Translations under genes and position numbers: made by a program
In this document: piece by piece, positions 27,484 to 36,032 of the stretch
How positions within the stretch are numbered: the first letter of the stretch is position 1
Layout of the letters: every line of letters begins with the position of its first letter
Virus record (IMG/VR): IMGVR_UViG_3300031150_000003
Span: 1 to 41,054 of that record
Direction: 5' to 3' (one strand)
Length of the DNA stretch: 41,054 nucleotides
Source: a virus
Lineage: Duplodnaviria; Caudoviricetes
The notes under the pieces: generated by a model
Told to the model about the DNA's origin: nothing
The model's database searches: none
Seen by the model: the letters and a program-made list of their open reading frames with translations, nothing else

Positions 27484-28521
27484 TCAGGTTGCCACGGGCT
27501 GCAAGGGTGCGATCCTGGGCTTGCGCTCGATCACCTGGTAGCTCACGGGCTGGCCGCGGTGCACGGCTGCCGTTGTCTTGGCGCCCACCACGTCGCCCAG
27601 CAGCCTGGGGGCGAGGCCGCGCGCTGGTCGCGCCGTGCAGACGTGCTGGCGCTCGACGGTGGCGCCGGCCGGCAGGTCGGCTGCAAAGTGCAGGCTGCGC
27701 CTGAGCTCGACGTGGGCCTTTTCGTCGGCCGTCGGCCCGTAGGCGAGGCCAGTGCCCATGCAGCCTTCGACCCGGGCGACTTCCTCCACCAGGCGGGCCA
27801 GCTCGCGTGGCTCGAGCGAGAAGGCGGCGTCCGGGCCGCCGTCAGCGCGCGCGAGTGTCACGTGCTTCTCGATCATGGTGGCGCCGATCGCGGCGGCTGC
27901 CACGGCCACGCCGATTCCCTGGGTGTGGTCTGAGAGGCCGACCTTGACATCCCACGTCCTGCCCATCGATGTCATGGTGGCGAGGTTCGCTTGGCTGGGT
28001 GGCGTCGGGTAGGCGCTCGTGCACTTGAGGAGCGTGATGTCCTTCGCGCCGGCCCTGCGCGCGGTGTCGACGGCGTCGTTGATGTCCTGCTTCCATGCCA
28101 TGCCGGTCGACAGGATGATCGGCTTGCCGGTCGCGGCCACGGCTCGGATGAGCGGCAGGTCGCAGAGCTCGAAGCTGGCGATCTTGTAGCGCGGGCAGCC
28201 GAGTCCCTGCAGGAAGGTGAGGGCGTCGTGATCGAAGACCGAGGCGAAGCACTCGATGCCAACCGCCTTGGCGTACTCGAATACCGCGGCCTGCGCCTTC
28301 CAGGGCAGTATGTTCTGGTCGTAGAGCGCTGCCATGTTCTGACCGGCCCACGGCCCTTCAGCGATCACGAGCGCGGGATCCAGCACCATGGTGCCTGGCG
28401 TCCAGGTCTGCAGCTTCACGGCGTGCGCGCCGGCGGTCTGCGCTGCGTCCACGATCGCGCAGGCGCGGTTGAAGCTGCCTAGGTGGTTGGCCGAGATCTC
28501 GGCCACGACCATGCACGTCAT
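27484..28521 (-). CDS. pseI: Pseudaminic acid / N-acetylneuraminate synthase (PseI/NeuB family, C-terminal SAF domain)
   Basis: VVAEISANHLGS, AVKLQT, YKIASFE, ILSTGMA, LLKCTSAYP, GLSDHT, IEKHVTL, D.AFSLEP, RRSL. Confidence 0.92.
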   Translation of the reverse strand: MTCMVVAEISANHLGSFNRACAIVDAAQTAGAHAVKLQTWTPGTMVLDPALVIAEGPWAGQNMAALYDQNILPWKAQAAVFEYAKAVGIECFASVFDHDALTFLQGLGCPRYKIASFELCDLPLIRAVAATGKPIILSTGMAWKQDINDAVDTARRAGAKDITLLKCTSAYPTPPSQANLATMTSMGRTWDVKVGLSDHTQGIGVAVAAAAIGATMIEKHVTLARADGGPDAAFSLEPRELARLVEEVARVEGCMGTGLAYGPTADEKAHVELRRSLHFAADLPAGATVERQHVCTARPARGLAPRLLGDVVGAKTTAAVHRGQPVSYQVIERKPRIAPLQPVAT

Positions 28522-28772
28522 TCGTCCCTCGGTTTCAGTCCGCCCTTGCCGTCAGGCACCATCCACCGCAGTCTTACGCGTTCGTAGCGAAGGACCACGG
28601 GCCGCGGCTCCCTGTCGTCGTTCATTACAGGATCCGCGCGGTTGCTTCGTAGGGCCTGTCTCACCGCCCGCCCGATTGGATCTGGAAGTGGTTTGCAATA
28701 GACCGGCTCGTCGTAGAAGCGCTGGCGATCATTACGGATCTTCGTTTGGTGCTGCGTTGGGTGATCACGCAT
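28518..28772 (-). CDS. Hypothetical protein
   Basis: 84 aa ORF overlapping both neighbours. Start uncertain (alternative ATG at 28625). Confidence 0.4.
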   Translation of the reverse strand: MRDHPTQHQTKIRNDRQRFYDEPVYCKPLPDPIGRAVRQALRSNRADPVMNDDREPRPVVLRYERVRLRWMVPDGKGGLKPRDE

Positions 28773-29274
28773 CAGCCAGCAGCATGAGCGCGTCGGCTGC
28801 GTCCTTGATGTCGGAGAGCGATGTCTCGCCCGACTGCGCCTGGCGCACGATCAGCGTGGCGAGGCTGCGCGCGCGGTCGCGGGCGGCGCGCACCTTGCCG
28901 GCCTGCTGGGCGGCCTCGTAGTCGTCCTCGGTGCTCTCTATCGGCCGGATGGCATTCTCCGTGCCCCGCTCGACGAGCGCCACGATCACGTAGGGCTTGG
29001 CTGGCGCGCCCTCGCGGGCGGGGACGGCGCGCCTGTTGTGCGTAGCCGGGATGCCGGCTTGCGGCTGCAGGCCAGCCGGGCGCTTCACCATCACGTCGGC
29101 CGCGACCTTCTGGTAGGTCATGCAGGCGTCGAACGTCTCGATGTCGCGGGCGTCGATCTTCACATACATGTCCGGGTTCTGGCGCCTGGCGGTCCACAGC
29201 ATGAGCGCCATCACCTTCTTCGGATCTCCGGTTGCCAGCGCGTCGAGCGCGTCCTGCTTCGGTGCTTTTGCCAT
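28765..29274 (-). CDS. Hypothetical protein
   Basis: 169 aa, GGAGG RBS, phage-like codon usage. Confidence 0.75.
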   Translation of the reverse strand: MAKAPKQDALDALATGDPKKVMALMLWTARRQNPDMYVKIDARDIETFDACMTYQKVAADVMVKRPAGLQPQAGIPATHNRRAVPAREGAPAKPYVIVALVERGTENAIRPIESTEDDYEAAQQAGKVRAARDRARSLATLIVRQAQSGETSLSDIKDAADALMLLADA

Positions 29275-29276
29275 GG

Positions 29277-29777
29277 TTATCCTCCCAGCGCGAACGTTTC
29301 TTGGATCTTCAGGAATCCCAGCTTCTCGAAGACGTGCCGGGAGTGTGGATTGGTTGGCGCGATGTTGGCAAGCCAGCGGGCGTTCCTCTCGCCGGGATCG
29401 GACGGCAGTGGTTTATTCTGCCCCATGAACAGGCGCAGGGCCTCGGGCCCGTATCCCATGCCGCGGTGGCTGCGCTTCAGGACGATGCCGATCTCGTTCC
29501 TCTGGGTTGCGCTCACGTAGCCGGCCCAACCGAGGCGTGTGCGTGGGCCGACCATCGGTCCAGGTGTCGGATCCAGGAATTCGGTGACGTCGATCAGATA
29601 CCACAGGCGGAAGACCCGGCGATCGATGAAGTCCATGTGCTGCTCGAAAGTCGGCAGCTCGCGGTGGCTGATGTTGATCTCGGGGTCGCGCTCCTTCATC
29701 AGTTCGTAGAGAAATTCCGCGGCCCCAGGGCGCACGAGGCGGCCGACGTAGACGTCCTGCAGGTTGATGCGGCTCAT
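29277..29777 (-). CDS. GNAT N-acetyltransferase (PseH-like position)
   Basis: 166 aa; FLYELMKER, EIGIVL...HRGMGYG, ANIAPTN..S..VFEKLGF. Lies inside the Pse cluster. Confidence 0.75.
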   Translation of the reverse strand: MSRINLQDVYVGRLVRPGAAEFLYELMKERDPEINISHRELPTFEQHMDFIDRRVFRLWYLIDVTEFLDPTPGPMVGPRTRLGWAGYVSATQRNEIGIVLKRSHRGMGYGPEALRLFMGQNKPLPSDPGERNARWLANIAPTNPHSRHVFEKLGFLKIQETFALGG

Positions 29778-30529
29778 AGGCGGGTTTCCACTCCTCTCTC
29801 TGCAAGGTGCGTCGCGGCCCCCTTCGGGGTCTGGTCGGTGAACTGGAACATGGCGCCCGCGGCCACGGCGTCGGCCCCGGCTTCAATCGCCTCGCGCATG
29901 TGCTCGTAGCTGCCGGCACCGCCGTGCGCAATCACTGGGATGTCCACTGCCTTGGACACCAGGCGAATCAGATCGATGTCGTAGCCCTGCATGGTGCCCT
30001 CGCGGTCGATGCTGGTCAGCAGCAGCTCGCCGGCGCCGCGGCCCTGGCACTTGAGCGCCCACCAGATCGGGTCGAACTGCGTGAGCTTGGTGCCGTTCCT
30101 GCCGTAGACCACGCGGCCGATCGTGTCCTGCCGGTAGTCGATCGAAGCGACGATCGCCTGGCGGCCGACGGCTTGGGCTGCGTCCTTCAGCAGGTACGGA
30201 TCCTCGATCGCGGCGCTCCCGATCACGACTTTGTCGGCTCCGGCCTTCAGCAGATCCCGGATGTGCTGCACAGTGCGGATCCCGCCGCCCACGGCGAGCG
30301 GCATGTAGCAGCAGTCGCTGAGTTCCTCGACCAGCGCGAGGTCGGGGCCGCGGCCCTCGGCGGTGGCGGCAATGTCGAGCAGGACAAGCTCGTCCACGTT
30401 TCGCGCTTGGTGGATGCGCACGGCCTGGGTGGCGAGGCCCACCGAGCGCCAGCTATTGAACTGGCTGCCCTTCACCAACTGCCGGCCGCGGCAGAGCAGC
30501 GTCGGAATGATGCGCTTGGCGAGGCTCAT
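29774..30529 (-). CDS. HisF-like cyclase subunit (WbuZ/AglZ type) of the acetamidino modification system
   Basis: MSLAKRIIPTLL...LVKG, DELVLLDI, PLAVGGGI, GADKV, GAGELLLTSIDREGTMQGYD. Adjacent to the N-acetyl sugar amidotransferase. Confidence 0.88.
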   Translation of the reverse strand: MSLAKRIIPTLLCRGRQLVKGSQFNSWRSVGLATQAVRIHQARNVDELVLLDIAATAEGRGPDLALVEELSDCCYMPLAVGGGIRTVQHIRDLLKAGADKVVIGSAAIEDPYLLKDAAQAVGRQAIVASIDYRQDTIGRVVYGRNGTKLTQFDPIWWALKCQGRGAGELLLTSIDREGTMQGYDIDLIRLVSKAVDIPVIAHGGAGSYEHMREAIEAGADAVAAGAMFQFTDQTPKGAATHLAERGVETRL

Positions 30530-30711
30530 CTGGTGCGCGCGGCCAGCCGGCGCCCCTTTTTGCGGCCCTTCCATTCCACGGTGCCGTCGAGGAACAGCAC
30601 GCCAATCGCCTGCTGGAGTTCTGCGTCTGATTTCGCCAACCCACGGAAGAGCCAGGGCGTTCTGGGCCCGCCGTCCTTAAGCACTTTGAGGATCCTCGCG
30701 GCGAGCCTCAC
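30526..30711 (-). CDS. Small basic hypothetical protein (possible winged helix)
   Basis: 61 aa, VRLAARILKVLKDGGP..., AAGGAG RBS, 4-nt overlaps on both sides. Confidence 0.55.
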   Translation of the reverse strand: MRLAARILKVLKDGGPRTPWLFRGLAKSDAELQQAIGVLFLDGTVEWKGRKKGRRLAARTR

Positions 30712-31820
30712 GTGGACTCCTTCAGGATCGGACGCCAGTCGTGCTCGCCTTGGAAGAGGTCCCAATTCGTGAAGCGGTGCAGGATCGGTAGCAGGTCGTT
30801 CATCGTCATGCCGATGCGCTCGAGTACGGCGTCGATGGTGATGCCGGCATACTCGGTCGGGAAGAGGCCGTCGAAGTGCTCGACCCACTGCAGCGCCGTT
30901 TTGCGATCGATGCGGCCGGCACGGATGTCGACAGACACCTGGGCGCATCCTCTACCGTAGCCGTACTTTCTCCACATCATCGCGTCATGCAAGCCCGTGG
31001 AGGCGTTATCAAGGTTCTCGTGGTCCCAGTGGTTGGCAGCGCTTGGCCGCTCCTGCCTCATGCCTGCAGCGCGCGCCTTAGCGGCGTTCTCGTGGCTGTC
31101 CCATGGCAGGTACTGCCCGAGGAAGTGCGCCTCGATGCCGGCTTCTTCGAGACCTGCCGGCAGCGTGTAGGCGGCCATGTCGGCCTCGGTGATGCCGGAC
31201 TGCCCCACCATGTCGGCTGCCCGCAGGCCCAGGAAGCCGCCGAATTCCGAGATCCATCGGCGCGTCATCTGCTGTGCGTCCTGGGCTTCCAGCGGCCCGC
31301 CGTACTGGTTCTGCGGGTTCTCGCCGTAGAAGATGAACGGGATGCCGGCCTTTGCTGCGACGCGGAACGGCGTCGTGAAGATGGCGACGTGCTCCGGCCA
31401 GCTGATGTCGCCCACCAGCTCGAGCCCGAGGCGGTTCAGTTTCGCCCGGACGCTGCGGTCTGGCGTCACTTCGACGGTGCTTGCGTGCCTGGCGATGTTG
31501 TCCAGGTTCGCGCGCCCTATCGGCGTCAGGTGGCAGGTCGTCGCGGTCACGGCCAGCACCCGGGCGCCGCGCTCCTTCAGCATCAGCACCTGGGCGGTCG
31601 AGTCCTTGCCCCCTGAGCTCGGCACGATCACGTCGTAGGTGTTGCCGAACTGGGTGGCGACGGCGCGGGCCCGGGCGAGGAGCGCCCGCAGGTCTTCCTC
31701 ACGGGCCTGCCAGTCAATCTTGGGGCGCCCCGCGTAGGCGAGGCAGGCCGAACAGACGCCGTTCAGGAACGCGGTGTCAGGGCGGGTGTCGGGCATCAGG
31801 CACTGCAGGCAGCGATTCAC
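30708..31820 (-). CDS. N-acetyl sugar amidotransferase (PseA/WbuX family)
   Basis: RC..CLMPDTRP...GVCSAC, PP-loop SGGKDS, FYGENPQ..YGGP, KYGYGR. GTG start 31820 with GGAG RBS. Confidence 0.9.
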   Translation of the reverse strand: MNRCLQCLMPDTRPDTAFLNGVCSACLAYAGRPKIDWQAREEDLRALLARARAVATQFGNTYDVIVPSSGGKDSTAQVLMLKERGARVLAVTATTCHLTPIGRANLDNIARHASTVEVTPDRSVRAKLNRLGLELVGDISWPEHVAIFTTPFRVAAKAGIPFIFYGENPQNQYGGPLEAQDAQQMTRRWISEFGGFLGLRAADMVGQSGITEADMAAYTLPAGLEEAGIEAHFLGQYLPWDSHENAAKARAAGMRQERPSAANHWDHENLDNASTGLHDAMMWRKYGYGRGCAQVSVDIRAGRIDRKTALQWVEHFDGLFPTEYAGITIDAVLERIGMTMNDLLPILHRFTNWDLFQGEHDWRPILKEST

Positions 31821-31993
31821 GGTGTTGGCTCCATTTTCTGTTCGTCTGTCAGTTCGCGCTCGCGGCGCCTGCGGCAGGCTTCGCAGGAGCATATCGCCCG
31901 TATCCGCGCGCGAAGCGCCTGGCACACAGCGAAGTCCGGGCCGTCGACGTCGCCCTCCCAGAGGCAGACAGGTGCCTCGGCCTGGTCACTCAT
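31817..31993 (-). CDS. Small Cys-containing hypothetical protein (58 aa)
   Basis: MSDQAEAPVCLWEG...CSCEACRRRR..., hand-translated; ATGA/GTGA overlaps at both ends. Confidence 0.5.
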   Translation of the reverse strand: MSDQAEAPVCLWEGDVDGPDFAVCQALRARIRAICSCEACRRRRERELTDEQKMEPTP

Positions 31994-32619
31994 TGGCTCT
32001 TTTCAAGCAGCCACCACGTCAGGTCGTCCTGGGGCGCCTCGGTGTCGCGGTGGTAGGCGAAACCGTAGTCGCGCAGCATCAGGTCCGGGAAGCGGTCGAG
32101 CATCTCGCCTGCGAAGTCGCGCTTCCACAGGCGGTTCGCCTCGCCCCGGTACGGGATCTCGACTGGGGTCGGGTTGTAGTATTCGGCGAGCAGGATGTAG
32201 CGGCCGGCCGCGGTGTGGATGCGGTCGTAGACCGCCGGCAGGTCGGCTGGCGGGATGTGGATCATCAGGCCCTTGGTGATCACGACGTCCCAGTACTTCG
32301 GGAGCGGCTCCCAGTCGGTCACGCTCACGCCCGCGGCCACGAGCACGTGCGGCGCGCGCTCCTTCAGGATCTTGGCGGCGCCGGTGTGCAGCTCGAGCGC
32401 GGTGATCTCGGCGAACGGGTAGCGCTTCACCAGCGCGCGGATGTTGGCGCCAGTGCCGGCGCCGAGTTCGATCATGGTGCGCATGCCCCGCTCGCCCATG
32501 TTGGCCTTGTCGAGCGCCATGGCGAAGAAGTGATAATTCGCACGCTCGTCGCCTGGGCTTCGCTCGTGGTAGGCGTCGCCCTTCGGCCCCGCCCAGTGCT
32601 CCTCCTGCTCGGTTCTCAT
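31990..32619 (-). CDS. Pseudaminic acid biosynthesis-associated SAM methyltransferase
   Basis: TEQE..W.G..G..Y..R, ELGAGTGAN, TKGLMIHI, AEYYNP.PVEIPYRG, KRDFAGE, DDLTWWLLEK. Confidence 0.88.
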   Translation of the reverse strand: MRTEQEEHWAGPKGDAYHERSPGDERANYHFFAMALDKANMGERGMRTMIELGAGTGANIRALVKRYPFAEITALELHTGAAKILKERAPHVLVAAGVSVTDWEPLPKYWDVVITKGLMIHIPPADLPAVYDRIHTAAGRYILLAEYYNPTPVEIPYRGEANRLWKRDFAGEMLDRFPDLMLRDYGFAYHRDTEAPQDDLTWWLLEKSQ

Positions 32620-33218
32620 GCTGCCTCCCTCGGTTGGTGAAGCGCGGCGAACATTCGTTCGGCGCGTATCCAGTCGTCCACGGTGTCGATGTCGCAGACC
32701 CGTTCGGCTGGCAGTACCACGTGGTGGCTGTTGCCCTCAAGCGGTAGTCCTGCGATGAAATTCTCCGTCATACCGAAGTAAAAATTGCCGGCGCTCTGGC
32801 CGTCGGGCCCCGTTGTGTAGACGTAGGCGGTGATCCCGGAGAGTAGCTGCGCCCAGCCGCGGCGCAGGTCGCCGGTCGTGATCATCGGTGCTGTGGCGTA
32901 CAGGCAGCAGGCGATGTCTGGCCGGTCGCGCTCATCCGGGAATAGGTCTTTCAGGGCCGCGGCCATCACGGCCTGCGTGCCGACTGCGTTATCGGCGAGT
33001 TCTGGCCGGCGCACGTGTACGCCGGCGCCGAGTGACCAGGCCACGTTGGCGGTGGTCGAGTCCTCGGTCGAGACGTAGACGCCCATGCCGAAGAGGTCCG
33101 AGCGGTGCGCGGCCTCGATCGAGTAGGCGATGATCGGCCTGCCGTGGAATTCCTTCAGGTTCTTGCCGGGGATCCTGCGGCTGCCGGCGCGGGCCGGGAT
33201 GATGCAGACGGCGCGCAT
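32616..33218 (-). CDS. pseF: CMP-nonulosonate (pseudaminic acid) cytidylyltransferase
   Basis: IIPARAGSRRIPGKNLKEFHGRPIIAYSI, VSTED, CCLYATAP, DIDT.DDW..AE. Confidence 0.9.
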   Translation of the reverse strand: MRAVCIIPARAGSRRIPGKNLKEFHGRPIIAYSIEAAHRSDLFGMGVYVSTEDSTTANVAWSLGAGVHVRRPELADNAVGTQAVMAAALKDLFPDERDRPDIACCLYATAPMITTGDLRRGWAQLLSGITAYVYTTGPDGQSAGNFYFGMTENFIAGLPLEGNSHHVVLPAERVCDIDTVDDWIRAERMFAALHQPREAA

Positions 33219-33571
33219 CAGTCGATCGCCGACAGGATGGTGTCGACGACGTTGCGCGCGATCACGGCCGGGGCCTTGCCCTGCTCCTGCATGCTGCGAA
33301 AGACGTGTGTCGCCCTGGTCACGAGGCGCGCGCGGTCCTCGCGCGTGATCTTGCGCTTGGGTACCTGCACGGTCACCTGGGCGCCGAGTGCCACCGCGGT
33401 GTCGATCATGGCCTTGGCAACGCCGACTGCGTTCTGCGGCTCGTAGGTCACGTAGGCCATGGGGCGCTGGAAGCGCTGGACGACCCGGCCGTTCGCCTGG
33501 CTGATGATCATCTCGACTGCGCCTTCGTCGGTGCCGGCCTTGACTGGCAGGCTGTCGCCTTCGTCGGTCAC
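33218..33571 (-). CDS. Hypothetical protein (117 aa)
   Basis: GTG start just after the upstream stop, TGATG coupling to pseF. The longer ORF-track start overlaps the 33574-33816 gene. Confidence 0.6.
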   Translation of the reverse strand: MTDEGDSLPVKAGTDEGAVEMIISQANGRVVQRFQRPMAYVTYEPQNAVGVAKAMIDTAVALGAQVTVQVPKRKITREDRARLVTRATHVFRSMQEQGKAPAVIARNVVDTILSAID

Positions 33572-33573
33572 GG

Positions 33574-33816
33574 TCAGTTCGCCTTCGCCAGCAGGCTTTC
33601 CTCGAGCTTGGCGAGGCTCGCCTGCAGGTTGGCGATCATGCTGCGGCATTGCTCGGGCGTCATGAACAGGTTCGGGATCGGCGTCGAAAACCCGAGGTAA
33701 ACCTGGGTCGGCGTCACGCCGTGGTGGATCTGCAGTTGCTGCTGCTCGCCTTGGGTGGCCATGCGGTTTCTCCTCTTTGCTTGGCGCATCGCGGCGCGCC
33801 GTTGGGTACGGTTCAC
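33574..33816 (-). CDS. Hypothetical protein (80 aa)
   Basis: MNRTQRRA start typical of phage small genes, GTGA overlap. Confidence 0.6.
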   Translation of the reverse strand: MNRTQRRAAMRQAKRRNRMATQGEQQQLQIHHGVTPTQVYLGFSTPIPNLFMTPEQCRSMIANLQASLAKLEESLLAKAN

Positions 33817-34961
33817 TTGAATAGTCCGATCTGCGACAGGTCAGGATAATCACTGTCGGTGCCTGGGCCCCAGGGCAGGGGGTCGTTGTGTTCGTTCATG
33901 CTCGCCATGAGCAACAGGCCTTGCGCAGCAGACACAGGCGACATCACGACGTGCCATCCAATGTGCCGGAATGCGTCGGACTTTGGTGCCACGCCTTCGG
34001 TCCTTCCGTCGTATCGCGCGCGCTTCAACCAGGCGGCGGTTTCTTTGTTGTCGCACAGGATTGCGCCGCCGTGGCCTATCGGTAAGTGCTTCGCCCAATG
34101 AAAGCTCAAGCACATCAACGTTCCAGCGATGTACATTCGGCTCGTCAGGTGCCGCGCTGCGTCGTAGATCGGGTAAGGCAGCAGCAGGTACTTGCCATCC
34201 CATTGTTCATCTCTGAATGTCACGTCGGCGCCGGCGTTGCGAATGCTCATCGCAACCCCAATGTACGTAAAGCGCGGGATGTCTACGGCCTGTCTGATCG
34301 GCGCGTTGCGAATGCTGTATGCGACGGCCAATAGAAGGGCGTTCGTGCAGGAGTCGACTGCCACCGCGTATGGTGCTCCGGTGTAGCTTGCGACGACCTG
34401 CTCAAAGTCGCGGACGACGCCCCATGCGTGCTTCGTTGCCTGCCTCCATCCTTTCCGCTGGAAGGTTCGTCTGTTGTGGTATTGCTGCCTCGCTGTTGCC
34501 CAACGGACGTTCCCTGGCTCGTAGTTGCCGTCGTTGTCGATTCGATCCAAGCTGTGCATCGGAGAAGGTCTGCGGCCGACGTATTTTAGGAATTCCTTGT
34601 AGTCCTTGGCCCAGCGCGGATCGACCTTAATTCCTCGCCCACCGTAGTCCCTCCACTTCGGGTCGTGTGTGTTGAAGCACCGTCGTTTCATACCGGCCCA
34701 TGCAACATATTCTGCGGTCTGTGGCTTCTTGCGTTGTGATGCTTCGCCGTGGCTTTTGCGGTGCAGGCACCCACAGGATCGCTTGTGGGAACGCTTCATC
34801 GACTCTCCTCGCGCTATCGTCTCGTTTCCGCAATCGCAGATGCATTGCCATCTTGTGCGGTGGTGCTTGCTCGATGGAAGGCGCGAGATTACCGTCAACA
34901 TTCCAAACCTTTGACCAACCAGATCCTTGACGCCGCGGCCGGTGTTTCCGTGGACCTTCAC
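33813..34961 (-). CDS. Fusion: HNH-type homing endonuclease (N-terminal ~175 aa) + compact DegT/PseC-like PLP aminotransferase (~207 aa)
   Basis: N-terminus: DLVGQRFGMLTV, CICDCG, SCGC, W..MKRRC, YGGRGI, LDRIDNDGNYEPGNVRWAT. C-terminus: FEQ..A.Y.GA.YAVAVDSCTNAL, DAA, CLSFHWAKHL..G.GGAI. Confidence 0.85.
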   Translation of the reverse strand: MKVHGNTGRGVKDLVGQRFGMLTVISRLPSSKHHRTRWQCICDCGNETIARGESMKRSHKRSCGCLHRKSHGEASQRKKPQTAEYVAWAGMKRRCFNTHDPKWRDYGGRGIKVDPRWAKDYKEFLKYVGRRPSPMHSLDRIDNDGNYEPGNVRWATARQQYHNRRTFQRKGWRQATKHAWGVVRDFEQVVASYTGAPYAVAVDSCTNALLLAVAYSIRNAPIRQAVDIPRFTYIGVAMSIRNAGADVTFRDEQWDGKYLLLPYPIYDAARHLTSRMYIAGTLMCLSFHWAKHLPIGHGGAILCDNKETAAWLKRARYDGRTEGVAPKSDAFRHIGWHVVMSPVSAAQGLLLMASMNEHNDPLPWGPGTDSDYPDLSQIGLFK

Positions 34962-35884
34962 GGGATCTCCTTCAGCCGCTCGCGGATCTCATCCACGGTG
35001 AGCATGTATGTCTTGACGCCGGTCATGTTGGGCTCGAGGGCTGCCGCCTTGCCGCCGGCCACGAGGTAGGGGTCGATGTAGCGGAAGGCCGGCGACTCGG
35101 CCGGCGCGATCATCATCTCGTCGAGCTTCTCGCCTTGGCCGAGGCCGTTCTGGACGTCCATCTGGGCTCCCATGGCGGTGGCGAGGTCGCCCAGCCGGTA
35201 GGCCGGCATGAGCGGCACGACGAGTTCTCCCCCGGTCATGTGCTCTGCCGTCCACAGGACGAGGTCGACGGCTTCCTCGATGCGCAGCCAGAAGCGGGTG
35301 GCGGCCGGATTTCGCACTGGCACGTGCGTGATGCCGGCGGCGAGAAGGGTGCGCCACGTCGGGATCACGCTGCCCGTGGATCCGGCCACGTTGCCGTAGC
35401 GCACGGCGGCGGTCATGGCGCCCCATGCTCCCCTGGTTTCGGCCAGCACGAGCTTCTCGCCGACGAGCTTCGTCGCCCCGTAGGTGTTGAGCGGCTGGCA
35501 GGCTTTGTCGCTCGAGACGTAGACCAGGCGGCAGACGTCCTCGTCCATGGCCGCCTCGAGCACGTTGGCCGTGCCGATCACGTTCGTCTTGATCATCTCG
35601 CCTGGGTTGTACTCGCCGACTTCCACGCGCTTGAGCGCGGCTGCGTGGATCACGAGGCCCACGCCCTGCATGGCGCGCCGCAGGCGCTCCTTGTCGCGCA
35701 CGTCGCCGATGAACCAGCGCAGGCGGCCGTCTGGATCCGGCTGTGCCTGGCGCATGGTTGCCTGGGCGTACTCGCCTCGGCTGTAGATGCAGATGCGCTG
35801 GGTGTCGGTCGTCAGCAGGCGCTTCACCAGCGCGCGGCCGAGAAACCCGGTTCCGCCGGTGATCAGGACGTCGGTGTGGATCAC
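34958..35884 (-). CDS. pseB: UDP-GlcNAc 4,6-dehydratase (PseB/FlaA1-like)
   Basis: LITGGTGFLG, IYSRGE, FIGDVRD, IHAAALK.V...EYNP, SSDKA..P.N.YGATK, VRYGNVAGS.GSVIP, TRFW, GEKL.E.MI. Confidence 0.9.
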   Translation of the reverse strand: MIHTDVLITGGTGFLGRALVKRLLTTDTQRICIYSRGEYAQATMRQAQPDPDGRLRWFIGDVRDKERLRRAMQGVGLVIHAAALKRVEVGEYNPGEMIKTNVIGTANVLEAAMDEDVCRLVYVSSDKACQPLNTYGATKLVGEKLVLAETRGAWGAMTAAVRYGNVAGSTGSVIPTWRTLLAAGITHVPVRNPAATRFWLRIEEAVDLVLWTAEHMTGGELVVPLMPAYRLGDLATAMGAQMDVQNGLGQGEKLDEMMIAPAESPAFRYIDPYLVAGGKAAALEPNMTGVKTYMLTVDEIRERLKEIP

Positions 35885-36015
35885 AGCACGCGCTGGATCA
35901 GGTCGGCGATGATCGCTGCCGCGGCCAGCAAGGCGCAGGCGGCGAAGCAGAGGCCGGCCGCGTCGACGCTGGGTTCCTTCCCGCGCTGGTATTCCTCGAA
36001 GTCGTTCTCGTTCAT
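35881..36015 (-). CDS. Small membrane peptide (44 aa)
   Basis: MNENDFEEYQRGKEPSVDAAGLCFAACALLAAAAIIADLIQRVL; GGGGGAG RBS; GTGA coupling to pseB. Confidence 0.55.
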   Translation of the reverse strand: MNENDFEEYQRGKEPSVDAAGLCFAACALLAAAAIIADLIQRVL

Positions 36016-36032
36016 GCTCTCCCCCTCTTTGG

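Noticed and set aside
29774-30529. hisF as a histidine-biosynthesis auxiliary metabolic gene
   Set aside because: Context next to an N-acetyl sugar amidotransferase points to the WbuZ-type sugar-modification paralog; no other his genes are present.
33813-34961. Intein or group I intron explanation for the HNH domain
   Set aside because: The HNH domain is N-terminal rather than inserted within the enzyme; no intein C/S...HN splice motifs or flanking intron sequence are evident.
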